From Lama guanicoe (taxonomy: Eukaryota): a stretch of DNA of 64,000 nt. Shown piece after piece: positions 1-12,589 of the stretch. Positions within the stretch are counted from its first letter, which is position 1. Each line of letters begins with the position of its first letter. The notes under the pieces were generated by a model. It was not told where the DNA came from. It was given only the letters and a program-made list of their open reading frames with translations, and did no database searches. The stretch is taken from NCBI GenBank assembly GCA_013239625.1, contig MU057354.1:21989890-22053889 (forward strand), in the 5' to 3' direction. The position numbers and the translations under genes are program-made.

Positions 1-173
1 TCCACTCATCACTTTCCTAATCAGAGTTACCAACATTTCATGCCTGGACTTTTGAAAGAACCTATTAGCTGATATCCACATATTCACTCATATCCATCTC
101 AGGCTTCTTCCAGTGAGTTTTCTACACAATAGCTAAAGTGATTGATTCAAAAAGCAAATAGAATGTCACTCCC

Positions 174-627
174 TGTATTAGTCTGCCTAGGCTGTCATAA
201 TAGAATACCACAGACTGGGTGACTAAAACACAAGAAACTCATTTTCTCACAGTTCTGGAGGCTAGAAATCCAAGATCAAGGTGCCAGCAGGCTTTCTGGA
301 NNNNNNNNNNNNNNNNNNNNNNNNNNNNNNNNNNNNNNNNNNNNNNNNNNNNNNNNNNNNNNNNNNNNNNNNNNNNNNNNNNNNNNNNNNNNNNNNNNNN
401 NNNNNNNNNNNNNNNNNNNNNNNNNNNNNNNNNNNNNNNNNNNNNNNNNNNNNNNNNNNNNNNNNNNNNNNNNNNNNNNNNNNNNNNNNNNNNNNNNNNN
501 NNNNNNNNNNNNNNNNTTCACTTAAGTTTAATTTACTTTCTTAAAGGCCCTATCTCCAAATACAGTAACATTGGGGGTTAGAGCTTTAACTTAAAAATTT
601 TGGGGTGACACAATTCAGTCCATAACA
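174..627 (-). mobile_element. MaLR solo LTR (MLT1A-like) inserted into an L2
   Basis: The minus strand begins TGTTATGGACTGAATTGTGTCACCCC and ends ...CTAATACA, which are MLT1 termini. There is a 5-bp TSD CTCCC at 169-173 and 628-632. The middle (301-516) is N-masked. Confidence 0.8.
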
Positions 628-632
628 CTCCC

Positions 633-1200
633 CTTCTTCAATCATATCAGTAGCTTCTCAGTGCTCTTAGCGTAAGGTTGAGTAGTTAAAATGCTAAAAC
701 TCATGAATGGTCTGGGCAGTACCTATCTCTCCAGTTTCATCTCATAGAATGCTCCTCCTCATTCTCCAGGCTTTAGTCATACTGGCCTTTCATTGTCTCA
801 GATATGCTGATTTTCCCACCTTGGGGCCTTTGCACATGCTGTAGCTTCCATCCTAAATGCTCCTTCTCCCCTCCTATCCCTTTGGCTGCTAAATCTCTCT
901 CCCTCAGCTCTCAGATCAATCATCTGTTCTTTAAGGAATCCTTCCCTGATCTTCCTTGCATTTCCCCATTCCCCCATTATATGTTCTCATAGCTGCATGT
1001 GCCTATTTTTAATAGAACTTACCATCATTTTGCCTTTATATTTTGTTCAAGATTCTTTGGTTAATGTTTGTCTTTTCCATTAGATGTTAAACTCCATAAG
1101 AACAGAGATATGTTACTTTTTGTTTATTATTGTATCTCATGCTTTCTGCAGTTTCTGGCACATATCTGGCACATATCAAACATCTGCTGAACGAATAAGT
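633..1200 (+). mobile_element. L2 LINE 3' fragment (continues at 1-173)
   Basis: Typical L2 3' phrases are present (gggcctttgcacatgctg, cctcagctctcag, tagatgttaaactccataag, ctggcacat...tgaacgaataa). Confidence 0.6.
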
Positions 1201-2698
1201 AAGAGGTGAGTGGGAATTGAGTCACGTAGAGGTGGGTATGCCAAACAAGACACTTGGGACTTCATCCTCAAGCATATATAGCATGGCAATCAAGAATTAT
1301 CAGCAGTAGCGTAAAATAAGACATGTGTTTAAAAATTAAAATGTATGTGTGTGTTAAAAAGTCATTTTTGCCAGTGCTCTGTAGAATGTACTAGAAAGAA
1401 CCTATGTTGGAAGTAAAGTGACAAGTTTCAATGGTTATAGCAGTTATCTAAGTGGGAAATAAGGGCTTGAGTTAAATTTGGGTTAGTTCTTGTGCATTTT
1501 GAGAATTCTTCAATGTAAATCAGATTCGGTCTGTTTTCTCCACTGCTGGTTTGGGATTTGGCTTAATAGCCTGGTTAGTGAATTATCCTTGTTCATCTGT
1601 TTTCCATCCTTCAATATGTTGCTGCTGTTAGTTTATTGCCCATTCTTCTTGTTTTTGCTGATTTATTTAAAAATCCCTTTGATGTTGTTTTAGTGGAGTT
1701 TTGGGAGAGAGCAACATTATAGGCATATGTTTAATATACCACTTTAACTTGGAACTCCTTACATTTTTGTTTTCATTATGAAAATTCCTTATTGTTTATT
1801 GCAATGGAATTGCCTTTCACATTAGCCAAGATTTTTGTTAAGTGACAATATCAAATAATGACAAAACTGAGGATGAAAATGGTGGGAGTGTAATTTGGTA
1901 CAACGTTTCTGGTGAATAGTGTTTCTCCAAAGGCTTAAGACATACATACTTTTTGAGCCAAAAGTTCCTCCACCTCTAGAAATTTACCTCAAGGTAAAGA
2001 TTTAGCTTTAAGAATGTCATTGCAGTCTTGTTTACAATAATATAAAAGTCCCACAACTGAGAACTGATTAAATAAACTATGAACTTTCATAAATCATATA
2101 CATAGTCATTAAAAATTATGCTGTGGAACCAGGTTTCTCACCCAACACTACTCCAGAGAATACACAATACATGGTCACTCATCAAGGGATAGGTGAAGCT
2201 GTAGGACAAATTTAACTCATCTTCCTCCAGCAGTAATTTTATTGGTAATTTGAGAGAGTGGAGGGACCACTAGTTATCTGTCCCTAGGTCCTTTGTCCTT
2301 TTCTTCCGTGGTTATAAAACACTAATCTGTAGCAAGGGATGTTGCTGCTCAGAATACAAGACTGCATTTCTTTGTCTCTGTGGTAGTTAGGTGCAGCCTT
2401 GTGACTAACCACAAACCAGTAAGATGTCAGTGAAAGTACTGCGATAGATTTCCAGGGAGGCTACCCTGATGGAGCTGACCCAAGGAGGATGAAGAGGGGG
2501 GGTGAGCATTCTGCTCCCTTCTTGTAATTAAACGTTTCTGCTCANNNNNNNNNNNNNNNNNNNNNNNNNNNNNNNNNNNNNNNNNNNNNNNNNNNNNNNN
2601 NNNNNNNNNNNNNNNNNNNNNNNNNNNNNNNNNNNNNNNNNNNNNNNNNNNNNNNNNNNNNNNNNNNNNNNNNNNNNNNNNNNNNNNNNNNNNNNNNN

Positions 2699-2873
2699 AC
2701 CCTGAACAAAGCAGGGGTAATCCAGGTGTAACTTTAATTGATATCCGCGGTGCCTTCGCAACCATGGATTCAACCAACCATAGATCGTGTAGTACTATAG
2801 GATTTACTATTGAAAATATCCTCCTGTAAGGGTACCCGTGCAGTTCAAACCTACATTGTTCAAGGGTCAACTG
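2699..2873. mobile_element. TcMar-Tigger2-like DNA transposon end
   Basis: It ends in TTGTTCAAGGGTCAACTG followed by TA, matching a Tigger2 terminal inverted repeat plus TA target. Confidence 0.65.
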
Positions 2874-3399
2874 TATATACGTATGTGTATACATATGCAC
2901 ATATACACACAAACACACAATAAAATTTTAAATTATTATTAAAGTGAAAATTAATATAAGAAGTTCAAATATCTAATTCTGATCTGAGAGGTATAGGGGG
3001 AAGGGAAAAAGGGATGCGGGAGGGCAGTTGATTTATTTCTGAGAATCTTGATATCCAAAGTTAATTTTCAAATCCAATTTGAAAAGGCTGACAAGGCTCC
3101 TATAAACTGCTTGTGTGACCCCTTCTGGTGTTTCGTACAGTACCATAAGCTCTGTAGGTAAAACAAGAACAGGGGTGAGGTTACTTCACTTTGTAGAACT
3201 CTAGATGCCGGCCCTCCTTGTCCTCCCACATCTGTCTCAGACCTAACGTGCAGAGTTTGAGAACGTAGACTCTGTGACGGGAGTTTCGGACTGTGCCACC
3301 TCTCTCTGGCATCAGAAGACCTTACCTGAGTCTGGGACGGGGTTGGCCCCGATATCAGTTTAGAATTTGCCTCAAAAAGAAGCGTGGACAGCTAGTTCA

Positions 3400-4250
3400 G
3401 ATTGCCAAAGAAGACGCGCGCTGGATACCAATCCCAGGAGCCGGGGGCGGGGCGAGTCGGGACCCGAAGCCAATAACTCGGGACCGCAGCGGGAAGGGCG
3501 GGGCGAGCCCTGCAGGCGACCTCTTGATTGGTACGCCGCTTTCCATAGCCCGCGAGGCTACCCCTACTTCTAGCCTACAAGAACTCCGGGCGAATGCGGA
3601 TCTACAAAGTTTGTCCGCTCTGGGGCACCGTATTGGCTTCTACCCCGGCCAAACGGGCCGGACTGGGCTGGGCTGGGCTGAGCTGGGCGGCTGGAGCCTG
3701 GTTCAGCTTAGGAAACCCTGATGGCTGCGGTGTTTCTAGTAACGCTGTATGAGTACTCGCCGCTTTTCTACATCGCGGTGGTGTTTACCTGCTTCATCGT
3801 GACCACTGGCCTGGTGTTGGGATGGTAAGTCCCCCGGGGCTAGGGGAAATGGACGGAGGGGCAGACAGTCAGGGAGTGGGGTCGCGGCTGGCAGCAGGGG
3901 GCAGAGGAGCTGGGAGGCTGCTGGGCTGGGGCTCCTGGGGCTGTTGGAGAGCCGGTGCCGCGGGCTCCGACCCGCTCTGGGAGGAAAACAAGGTGGACAC
4001 CGCACCTGCATCACTGCCCTGCATCACCGCCCCGTCACCGTCGCTGCGGGCATCAGGGGGTGGTGCCGGATTGAGGTATTTTACCCAGCTTTGTTTCTAG
4101 GTGATTAAAGCAGCCAATTAGGGCCTTGTCTTAGTGTTAGGACAGAGGGCTTGTACAACGGGCTTCTCTCCGGAATTGGGGCCTACTGTGTGCCCAGAGT
4201 GAATCCGTCACCTGCGGTACAGTGCACAGACGTGGACAGTAAACCAGGCT
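3400..4250 (+). promoter_or_regulatory. CGRRF1: CGRRF1 CpG-island promoter with CCAAT and GC boxes
   Basis: The stretch is CpG-dense and surrounds exon 1. CCAAT is at 3428 and 3470, ATTGG at 3527 and 3632, and GC boxes at 3444-3452 and 3496-3503. No TATA box is evident. Confidence 0.85.
3721..3824 (+). CDS. CGRRF1: CGRRF1 coding exon 1 (N-terminal transmembrane helix)
   Basis: It translates as MAAVFLVTLYEYSPLFYIAVVFTCFIVTTGLVLG(W), the recognised CGRRF1 N-terminus. The donor TG|GTAAGT is at 3825. Confidence 0.97.
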
Positions 4251-6179
4251 GATTGTTGTTCTTCTGACCTGAATTGAGCACTTGGCCCCAGATCTTTTCA
4301 GGGTAACTTGTAACTGAACTCTATTACCGTTTGAGAACTTAATGGTTTCTACACACATTCCACACTTTTTTTTTTGAAGGAATATTTAGTCAATAGACCT
4401 ATAAAAACATAATTTTAGAGGCGAAAGAGACCTTAGAGATAACTTACACTAAGGGGTAAGACAAGGAGAGTAGACTGTTAGATCATCCCTGAGCAATTCT
4501 TCTAGCTCAAAGATTCTAAAATTTCTCTCTTGAGTAGATGCCATTGTATCATGTTTAGGGAAGCCTTATAAATACAGCTAGTTGAAACCATCTTACTGGT
4601 CCATCTGTTGAGGAGAGAGACATGAGCTGGATTTTGAGAAATGAATATTTTGAAAAATAAATGGAGCTAAAGGTGTATAGCAGGGGATAGAAGGCGTTTC
4701 AGAGAATATGTGAGCAAACGGCCAGAGGAGACATGTTAGTGAATAGAGCAGACTGTGTAAATGAGTTTAAAAATACTTTGATCACATACGTGGTTGCTTT
4801 AAAAAAAAGGACACAAGCCCTTGTCAATTTCTGAAACTAGACCACCATTGGGAACTAAGTAAAGTTTTAACATTTCCATGCTGCTTTCTACCTTGCCAGC
4901 AGTAGATCATAAAATTCCTTGTTGGTTAATGGGGGAAGATTAAGACTAATTGTACGCATTTTGTTATTCTTGACCCATCAGATTTTCTTGCAGTTATTCA
5001 TTTCAAGAAAGTTTGAAATTGGAATTTGGAAGATGTTTCCCAAGTGAGAAAAGCTGTCTCAACACAGGATTTTTATTGACTATAATGTTAGTGTTATTTT
5101 CTCCAGGAAATGTAATTTTCCTCCATTAAGGAGAACAAGTAGTTTGATAATTGCAGTATGTCCTTAAATTTTAATTTTCAATAGGCCTAATTATTTAAAA
5201 ATTAATTTTCAATTGGCCTAATTCAACTAATTAGACATCTTAACTCTCTGCCTTTAGTATTGGGGAGAGGAAAATGAATGAAGACCATACTGATACTGAG
5301 GGTGGCATCTGTGGGTGAAGGGTAGTCAGGAACCTCATATTGGTAGAGGTTAAGAGACAGGCTTGGGAATCAGACAGACCTAGGTTCAAATCCTGGCTCT
5401 GCCAAATTTAAGACTTGGTTTGAAAACTTAATGATTACCTAACCACTCCATTTAAGTATGGCTTTCACAAGGGTGGAAGCCCAGGTAATTGTAGAACTTT
5501 TGGAAATCTGAACTAAGCACGTCTGAGGCCACAGAAGCATGTAAGTGCCGGTCACTTCCATCCTGATTTGGGCCTAACCAGTCATCTTGAGCCTAACCCC
5601 AACCGTTCTCTCCACCTGGGTTAGCTTTGCCCATGTAGATAACCTTTTCGCTCGTGTTTATTAGCTAACCTAAGCCAAGACCACAAATTCATTGCACAGA
5701 AACAGTGAAAACCATCTAGATCTCATAAGAGCAACTTTCTAATAGTACCCCAGACAAAAGGTAAGCCCGTTGATCCACTATGCTTTTCACTCTTGTCATT
5801 TTTTTTAAACCTCCCCAAATATAATCCCTGTCAGTTATCTGTCTTCTCTGCCATGGTTCTTACCTCAGTACTACTCTGGGTTTCTTTCTGTTGCTTCTCT
5901 CCACTGTTCTTGTCCACTTGCACTGTGTGGGAGTGGAGAAAGAACAGGACCACCTGCTTGTTGGAATCCCAATAGCAATAGCAGAGAATCATGCAGTTGG
6001 AAGTATTGTATCTCTGCTTAACTATGTGATGATGGTTTCTGTGAGCTCTAACAGCTCACGTTCATTAAGCTCTTGCTATTTGCCAGGCACTGTGCAGAAA
6101 GGAGACCAAAATGCCACATATACCCTGTAACAGTTTCAAAGAATCGGGGACCCTGACTCTGCAGCTACTCTCCACTTCT

Positions 6180-6719
6180 CCTGACTACAGATTATTAAGT
6201 TATCATCTCTCGGCTTCATGCCACCCTTATATACTCTGCCATCTTTCTTCTTCACCAACTCACTGCCTCTGTGAGGCTTTGCCAGTAGGGGAAGGGGGAG
6301 TAGAAGGCTAGAGGAGGGCAAAAGGACTTGCTGCTTGCTGTTAGCTGCTTTTCCTCATCTGTCTCACCACAGCAGCAGTGCCTCACTCTGGCATTAGCAG
6401 TTGGTCCCAGTTTGTAGTTTTCCACTCTCTTAGAACCAGCCTCATTGTACCCCTTCAAAGATTTCAATGCCCATTTTGCAGATCTGAGTCCCAGCTGCAT
6501 AGGAGTCTTTCCTCCAAATGTCTAAGCTGTAGTAATCCTCTTTCCTCTATCCCTTGTCCTAGGAGAGATAGTTGCTTCCTACTGTTTCCACTTCTTTGAT
6601 ACTCAGTGTCCCCTTTTTCGCCTTTTCAGTTCTTCAACATCTGGTTAACTTATTTATATTAAATTATCTGTTAAAATAACCAGTGTGGTTTTGAGCTCCT
6701 AACTGGACTGCTAAATATA
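6180..6719 (+). mobile_element. LTR41-like ERVL LTR (5' LTR of a deleted provirus)
   Basis: It shares block motifs with 8369-8945 and 34087-34684 (ggctttgccagtaggg, cctccaa..tctaa..taatcc, ccttttcagt, attaaatt..aaataac..gtggtt). It ends ctggactgctaaatata. The start coordinate is approximate. Confidence 0.7.
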
Positions 6720-8368
6720 TTGATTAAAGAATTGTTATTGAGAATGGGATCCCAGGGGGGGAACCTTCAAAGATGGGATTTGGGTTTGGTCCTTTCCTCA
6801 GCTCCTTGCCAATGGGAAATAAGATTCTAGTAACCCATGGCACGTGTTGGTATTATAATTAATCAAATTACAACCTTTATTTGATTGTGATTAAATGATT
6901 TCTGAAGTAAGTGCCTTGGGGGACCAAGAGGCTAAAGTATATGACCATCATGGCGGTAATGAGACTACAGGGACTGAGGGATGGGCAGGATGGTTGCTTG
7001 GGAGACGACTGGAGCACTTCCAGAATGAAAATGATGAACTCAGGTCTTTAAACTCTCGGATCAAGTCTTAGAGAATCAGGGAGTCTTTATGGTTCTAAAT
7101 TACTTCACTTCATGTAACCACAAAGCTAAAAATTGAACACAGTTTTAATTATACTGGTATTAGAATTTCACAGCCATGTTGGTGTCTCATTTAAGACATG
7201 ATTGGAAAGAAGTGGAGCCCTGAGATTTGGAATGGCAACATCTAAATAAACTTGGACAGAGCTGAGAATTTTGAAACCCCAGTCACTCTGACCCTCCCTT
7301 GTTGTTGGAAGCAGCCTATTTTCTGTGTCAGAGAAAACTAGCCTTCCCTTGCTTGGAGATCATGTAATAACCTCCTCTAGGGCAGTTGCTTTGCAAAGGC
7401 TGTCTACACTCAAGACCTACTGCTATCGCTTTTTGCCACGAGGCCCAGATCTCTTCATGCTCCACAGGACAGGGACAAAAACCTGACCTAGTTAGAAATA
7501 GCTTAGCCCTCTAAAAGAATTACAAAAGTTTGCTAATTTGTATCATCATGAATTTGGGTATTATTTGTGAGAATGGAGTGTAAGTAGGTTAGGCCAAGGA
7601 GGATAGGATGTAACAATAGATCAGACTGCATTTTTTGATCTGGGTGTATTCTCAAACAATTCTGAATCTAAAGTGTTAACTCATACTTGGTTTACTGAAA
7701 CTTGGAGTCAGAGGTGCCCTATATTTAATAAGGTTGAAATGCTAGAACTTTTCTGGCATAACGAAGGAATCTGAAGGCTTAGGAAGATAAGAATATTAGA
7801 TTGGATTTATTATGTGCAGCCTGCCCACCTGTTCCCTTACTGCATCCTTCAACAGGACGCAGAAGACACACTTTATGAAGGCTCTACTAAAGGAGACTTG
7901 TGTCCTTGAAAATCCCTAATGTGTCCCCTGTAGGTCGTCGATGATGGTGTGAGATGCTGCCATTATGGTGGACTTTCTGATCTGAGGTCTGGTGGCAACA
8001 CATAACCAAAAGAGTCAGGGTGGACATATGTCCCATAATGGGCAGTGAAGGACAAAGTAGAGAATGTTTTGGCCCACAAGGATCTTTGACACTGGCTAAT
8101 AGGTTACATAGCCTTGGGAATAAAATAGGTAGGTGGCCTACTCAATGCTACATGAACTACGTAGAAGGAAAAACTCCAGGTCTGGAGCCAGAAACCTGAC
8201 TTGTCACAATGGAGAGTTATGACCTTTCACCCAGTTTCCAAATCTAAGTCAGTCCATAGATGGGGTTCCCCTGATTGATGGGAAGGTCAGGTCCTCTTGA
8301 GGAAGGTCTCTGTATCCTCGGCACTGCCACGAGGATACTGTAAATCGTCCTCCAGATTTTTCTCCAAG
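6720..8368 (+). mobile_element. ERVL-class internal remnant (leader plus decayed gag; pro-pol deleted)
   Basis: Decayed gag-like text (aaggatctttgacactggctaataggttacatagcc; gaaaaactccaggtctgg) resembles ERVL gag. It stops near the gag/pro junction and fuses into the next LTR. Confidence 0.65.
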
Positions 8369-8945
8369 GCTGTTGTCTCTCGGCTGCAGACATGCTCTCT
8401 GTGCTCTGCTTTCAAAACTGGGGCCAGAACTTTGCAAACATATTCTCTTGTGCTAGTTTGCTTCCTATTAGGCTCTGCCAGTGGAGGTGCTGGAAAGAAT
8501 CTGGAATGCCTGAGGAGGAAGAAGGGACATCCTCTTACAGTTTGCTTCCTTTTCCTAGTCTACAGTCCTGCAGCACTGGTCATGATCCTGGCAGTGACAG
8601 TTGGCCTGAGTAGCAGCAGTTTTAGTTTATGATTTTTTTCTCATACCTGGAACTAGCTTATTGCACTTCTTCAGAAATATCAGCACCAGCTGGCCAGCAC
8701 TCCTACTGCAAAAGATGGGGTCCAGCTCTGGGGGATTCCTTCTCCAAGCTTCTAAATTGTAATAATCCCCAATCTTTCTTTGTTTTCATAGTCTTAGAGG
8801 GATAACTGCTTCTTGCTCAGATATCTCCGTGTCCCCTTCTTCCCTTTTCAGTCCTCCAGTACTTGGTTAGCAGTTCTTTATATTAAATTCTTTATGTCTA
8901 AATAACTGATTTGGTTTCTCGCTCCTGCCAACCCTGCCTAATACA
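8369..8945 (+). mobile_element. LTR41-like ERVL LTR (3' LTR)
   Basis: It is a direct repeat of 6180-6719, with ATTAAA at 8882 and the canonical ERVL end CCCTGCCTAATACA. Confidence 0.75.
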
Positions 8946-10439
8946 CTGACCTTGACTATTTCTCATCTCACTTGTCGAATGCTGTAGGTTGTGTGTATGT
9001 GTGATGAGGTTGGTGATGAGGTACAGATTCCTTCCTAGGAAAAGAATATAACTTTAGTTTGTATTGTCTTAGGGGACAAAATAAATGACACTTCTATTGG
9101 CAAGAAATTTCTTGGAACAATCTAAAAGAAAACACAAAACGGTTAGAAGTGGCATTTCAAGCCTTAATAGGGCCTTAAGATAACATATTCTAACCCCTCT
9201 TTTTACAATTAAAGGCATGGAATTTTAGAGATGGAGTCACTTACTCAAAGTCATACTGTTAGCACAGCAGTTTCCTCAGAAACAACCCTCCTCCCCTACC
9301 AAGGATTTCCCATGAATGTTTTTTATATCCGGATCCAGTCTCAGTGTTCAACTAGCCAAGTGAGGCCAACTTTGGGAGATTATACAGAAGAGAAGCCCCC
9401 CTCCCCACCCCTAGATTAGTAACTGCCTGTGTGTTTTCGAATTGGCTTTAGAACTCAGGGCTGAAGAGGTGATAAAAATTGTTTACTGTTTAGCTTGAAA
9501 CTTTAGCCTCAAAGTAACCTTTCCTTTNNNNNNNNNNNNNNNNNNNNNNNNNNNNNNNNNNNNNNNNNNNNNNNNNNNNNNNNNNNNNNNNNNNNNNNNN
9601 NNNNNNNNNNNNNNNNNNNNNNNNNNNNNNNNNNNNNNNNNNNNNNNNNNNNNNNNNNNNNNNNNNNNNNNNNNNNNNNNNNNNNNNNNNNNNNNNNNNN
9701 NNNNNNNNNNNNNNNNNNNNNNNNNNNNNNNTTGAGAAGAAAATTGGTCAATTTCTACTTTACTATTTCTTTTAATGTCATATCAGCCGAAATCTGATAC
9801 ACAGGACATTAATGTCTTAATCCAAGTTTTTGATTAAAAATGTGGAAAAGGTCAGATATAAGGATGGTGGCCAGAGAAACATCACAGGGTCGCTGACCTA
9901 TTTCTCAGCGCCAGTTATGGATTGCTAAATAGCCAGTCTCCATTGTTTGACTTCATTCCAGATGACTTCTGCATATTGGCTTTTGAGTAATACGTTAAAG
10001 ATAGAAATATTGGTCCACATGAAATAAATTTAAACTGTGAAAGTTGTGGATTTTTATGCAAAAAGAGCAAGTTCACAATGAGGCAGGTGGATGAAAGGGT
10101 TTAGGATTATTCTCGGCTGAAAGCTCAACATGAGTGAGTCAGCTTATATGATCTTTAACTACTTTAGGCATAATGTTTATTACAAGAGGCGTGGTCAGGT
10201 TATGATGTCACTTTATTACACAGTGAGTTCTATCCCTCTCACCCTCTATGTTCCCCTCAAAGCATGAGGGTATCGGAACCGGGCTGGCAGAGTCAGATAA
10301 GGACCCAGAGTCTTGACTAAGCACTGGTTGCTCTAGGCATGCTCAGCTAACTTCTCTAAAAGGACAGGAACACAGATCTGTCTGAGATTGTAATGCAGAA
10401 GTGTATTAGTGTTGGGACACCGTTCACATAAGGCAGTCA

Positions 10440-11600
10440 TGAAAAGCCAAAGAGCAAGAACCTAAACCCTAAAGGAAAACATTAATAACTTTTGTGTTAA
10501 AATTAAGGGCTCTGTTAATCAAAAGATACCATTATGAACATAAAAAGGCAGACTGTAAAAGCGCTGAAGATTTATCCAATAAAGGGCTCATTCAGAACAT
10601 ATAAAGAATTTCTCTAAATAAGGAAAATAAAGACAGACCAGTAGAAAAACAGGGAAAAGATTTGAAAAGGCTTTCACAAAAGAGGATATCCAAGTAGCAA
10701 TAATCATAAAAAGTGCTCAACCTCATTAGTGTTCAAGGAAACAGATATTAAAACCATAGTAAAATGCTACCACCTACCTACCAGGATGGCTAATCACGTT
10801 TTGACAAGGATATGGAGCAAGGGGAGCCCTCATTCATTGCCAGTGGAATGTAACCACATAGAACAATTGTTAACATTATCTACCAAAGTTGAAGAAGTGC
10901 AGACCTTATGGCCGAGAAATTCCATTCATAACAGAAATGCATGTATGTGTATGTGCACTGAGATCCTTGTATGAAAATGTTCATATAGCATTATTCATAA
11001 TGGCCAAGACGTAAGGACAACATTTAGAGTGGAATGAATAAGCAGATTATGGCATGTTTATATAGTAGAATAGTCTACAGCCACAAAAATGCGCTATGAA
11101 TAGACACAAGAATGCATCTTCACCTTCTCCACTTTTTTGGTACATGGGGAGGAGAGAGAGGGNNNNNNNNNNNNNNNNNNNNNNNNNNNNNNNNNNNNNN
11201 NNNNNNNNNNNNNNNNNNNNNNNNNNNNNNNNNNNNNNNNNNNNNNNNNNNNNNNNNNNNNNNNNNNNNNNNNNNNNNNNNNNNNNNNNNNNNNNNNNNN
11301 NNNNNNNNNAAAGCTGTTTTTTTTTAAAAAGAATGGATCCTCAACATAATGTTATAAAATAGGAAATAAAAGTATACACAGCATGCTTCCACTTATAGAA
11401 AAATTCAAAAACACAAATACTAAATTATAGTCATTGAAGTCAAGATAGAGAAGGAAAGGGTAGTACATGGGAGGTGACACAAGGAAACTTCCTGAGGGTA
11501 TTGTTTTGGTTCTTAACCTGAATAACAATTAGTTTGTTATTCAGAAAAGTATTTTGTGTACTTTAAAAAAAAAGTATGTTATCCTTCACAGTAAGAAGGT
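10440..11600 (+). mobile_element. Old L1 (L1M) ORF2-end/3'UTR fragment
   Basis: The A-rich strand carries L1 phrases (ttcacaaaagaggatatccaa, aagtgctcaacctcattag, gttcatatagcattattcataatggcca). Boundaries are approximate. Confidence 0.65.
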
Positions 11601-12589
11601 TATATAAGATAAAAGGCCAACAAATTGAGCAAGATTCCTAACTTCCTAACACTAGTTTTAAGAGATGTATATAAGTCAAATCAAGGACCTTAGGATATTA
11701 AAAACTGTAGACCCAAGATTAAGCACTAGGCAGAGAAATTAAAAATCTAGAAAAAGGAATTTCTTTTAATGATAAGAATCTGCTTTCCTAACTGTTGATG
11801 TGATGCTGGGCCAGGCAGCCTTGAATAAGGATGCTAAAAGAGGAGCGGCACGTTACGTGTCGAATTCTTTGTCCTATTCTGAGGTGTATATAGAGCAGAT
11901 ATGGTATATCCTTCTACAGCATTGACTTTATGTAAAGATTTGGACAAATAGCATTTTTATATTAAAACCAGATACATCATGGAGTATATAAAGAATATTA
12001 CAAAGGAATTTTACACTCACAATGGGCTGCTTCCAGATATCTTCTCAAAGCCCTGCCTTTTTGGGGTTTCTGGCTCCTACACCTTAAAGGATTCTTTAAT
12101 TGAAATTTTTAGGTACAACATTATAAAGTACCTGAAATATAGTGCTTGAACCTACATAAGAAATGAAGACCATGAGACCTGAGTTCTAGCTTTTACTACT
12201 GGTACTGTGGGTATAAGGGGATGTAATGAGTAGTTTGTATAAAGTCGTGTTTTTCTTGCTTTTTTTTTTCACTCCAAGCGGTGAAGGAAAGAAGGAAGGA
12301 AAGGGAAGGTGTTATGGCTGTCATAGGAAGGTTTTACTTTGTGTCGTACAACTCCATATGCCTGACTTAACCTTTAAAATGTACTGGGGCAACCGTGAGC
12401 AGTGGAGGCAAAAGCTGTGAGGTCCCTGATTCTGAGGATCAAAGAGGAGAAGTTACTGAATTTGTATTTTCTCTCTGTCCACCCCTAACTCCATCATCTA
12501 CATTACCATTGCCAGCACTTACAGAGTGCCAAGCCCTGCTAGAAACATCTACAGGTGGGAAACAGTTATATAGAGGTTGAGTGAGTGCT

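Noticed and set aside
3428-3636. ER-stress element (CCAAT-N9-CCACG or ATTGG-N-CCACG) in the CGRRF1 promoter
   Set aside because: None of the four CCAAT boxes has CCACG at the required spacing.
8476-8493. CTCF motif carried by the LTR41 copies
   Set aside because: All three copies have indels or substitutions in the core (for example GCCAGTGGAGGTGCTG is one base short).
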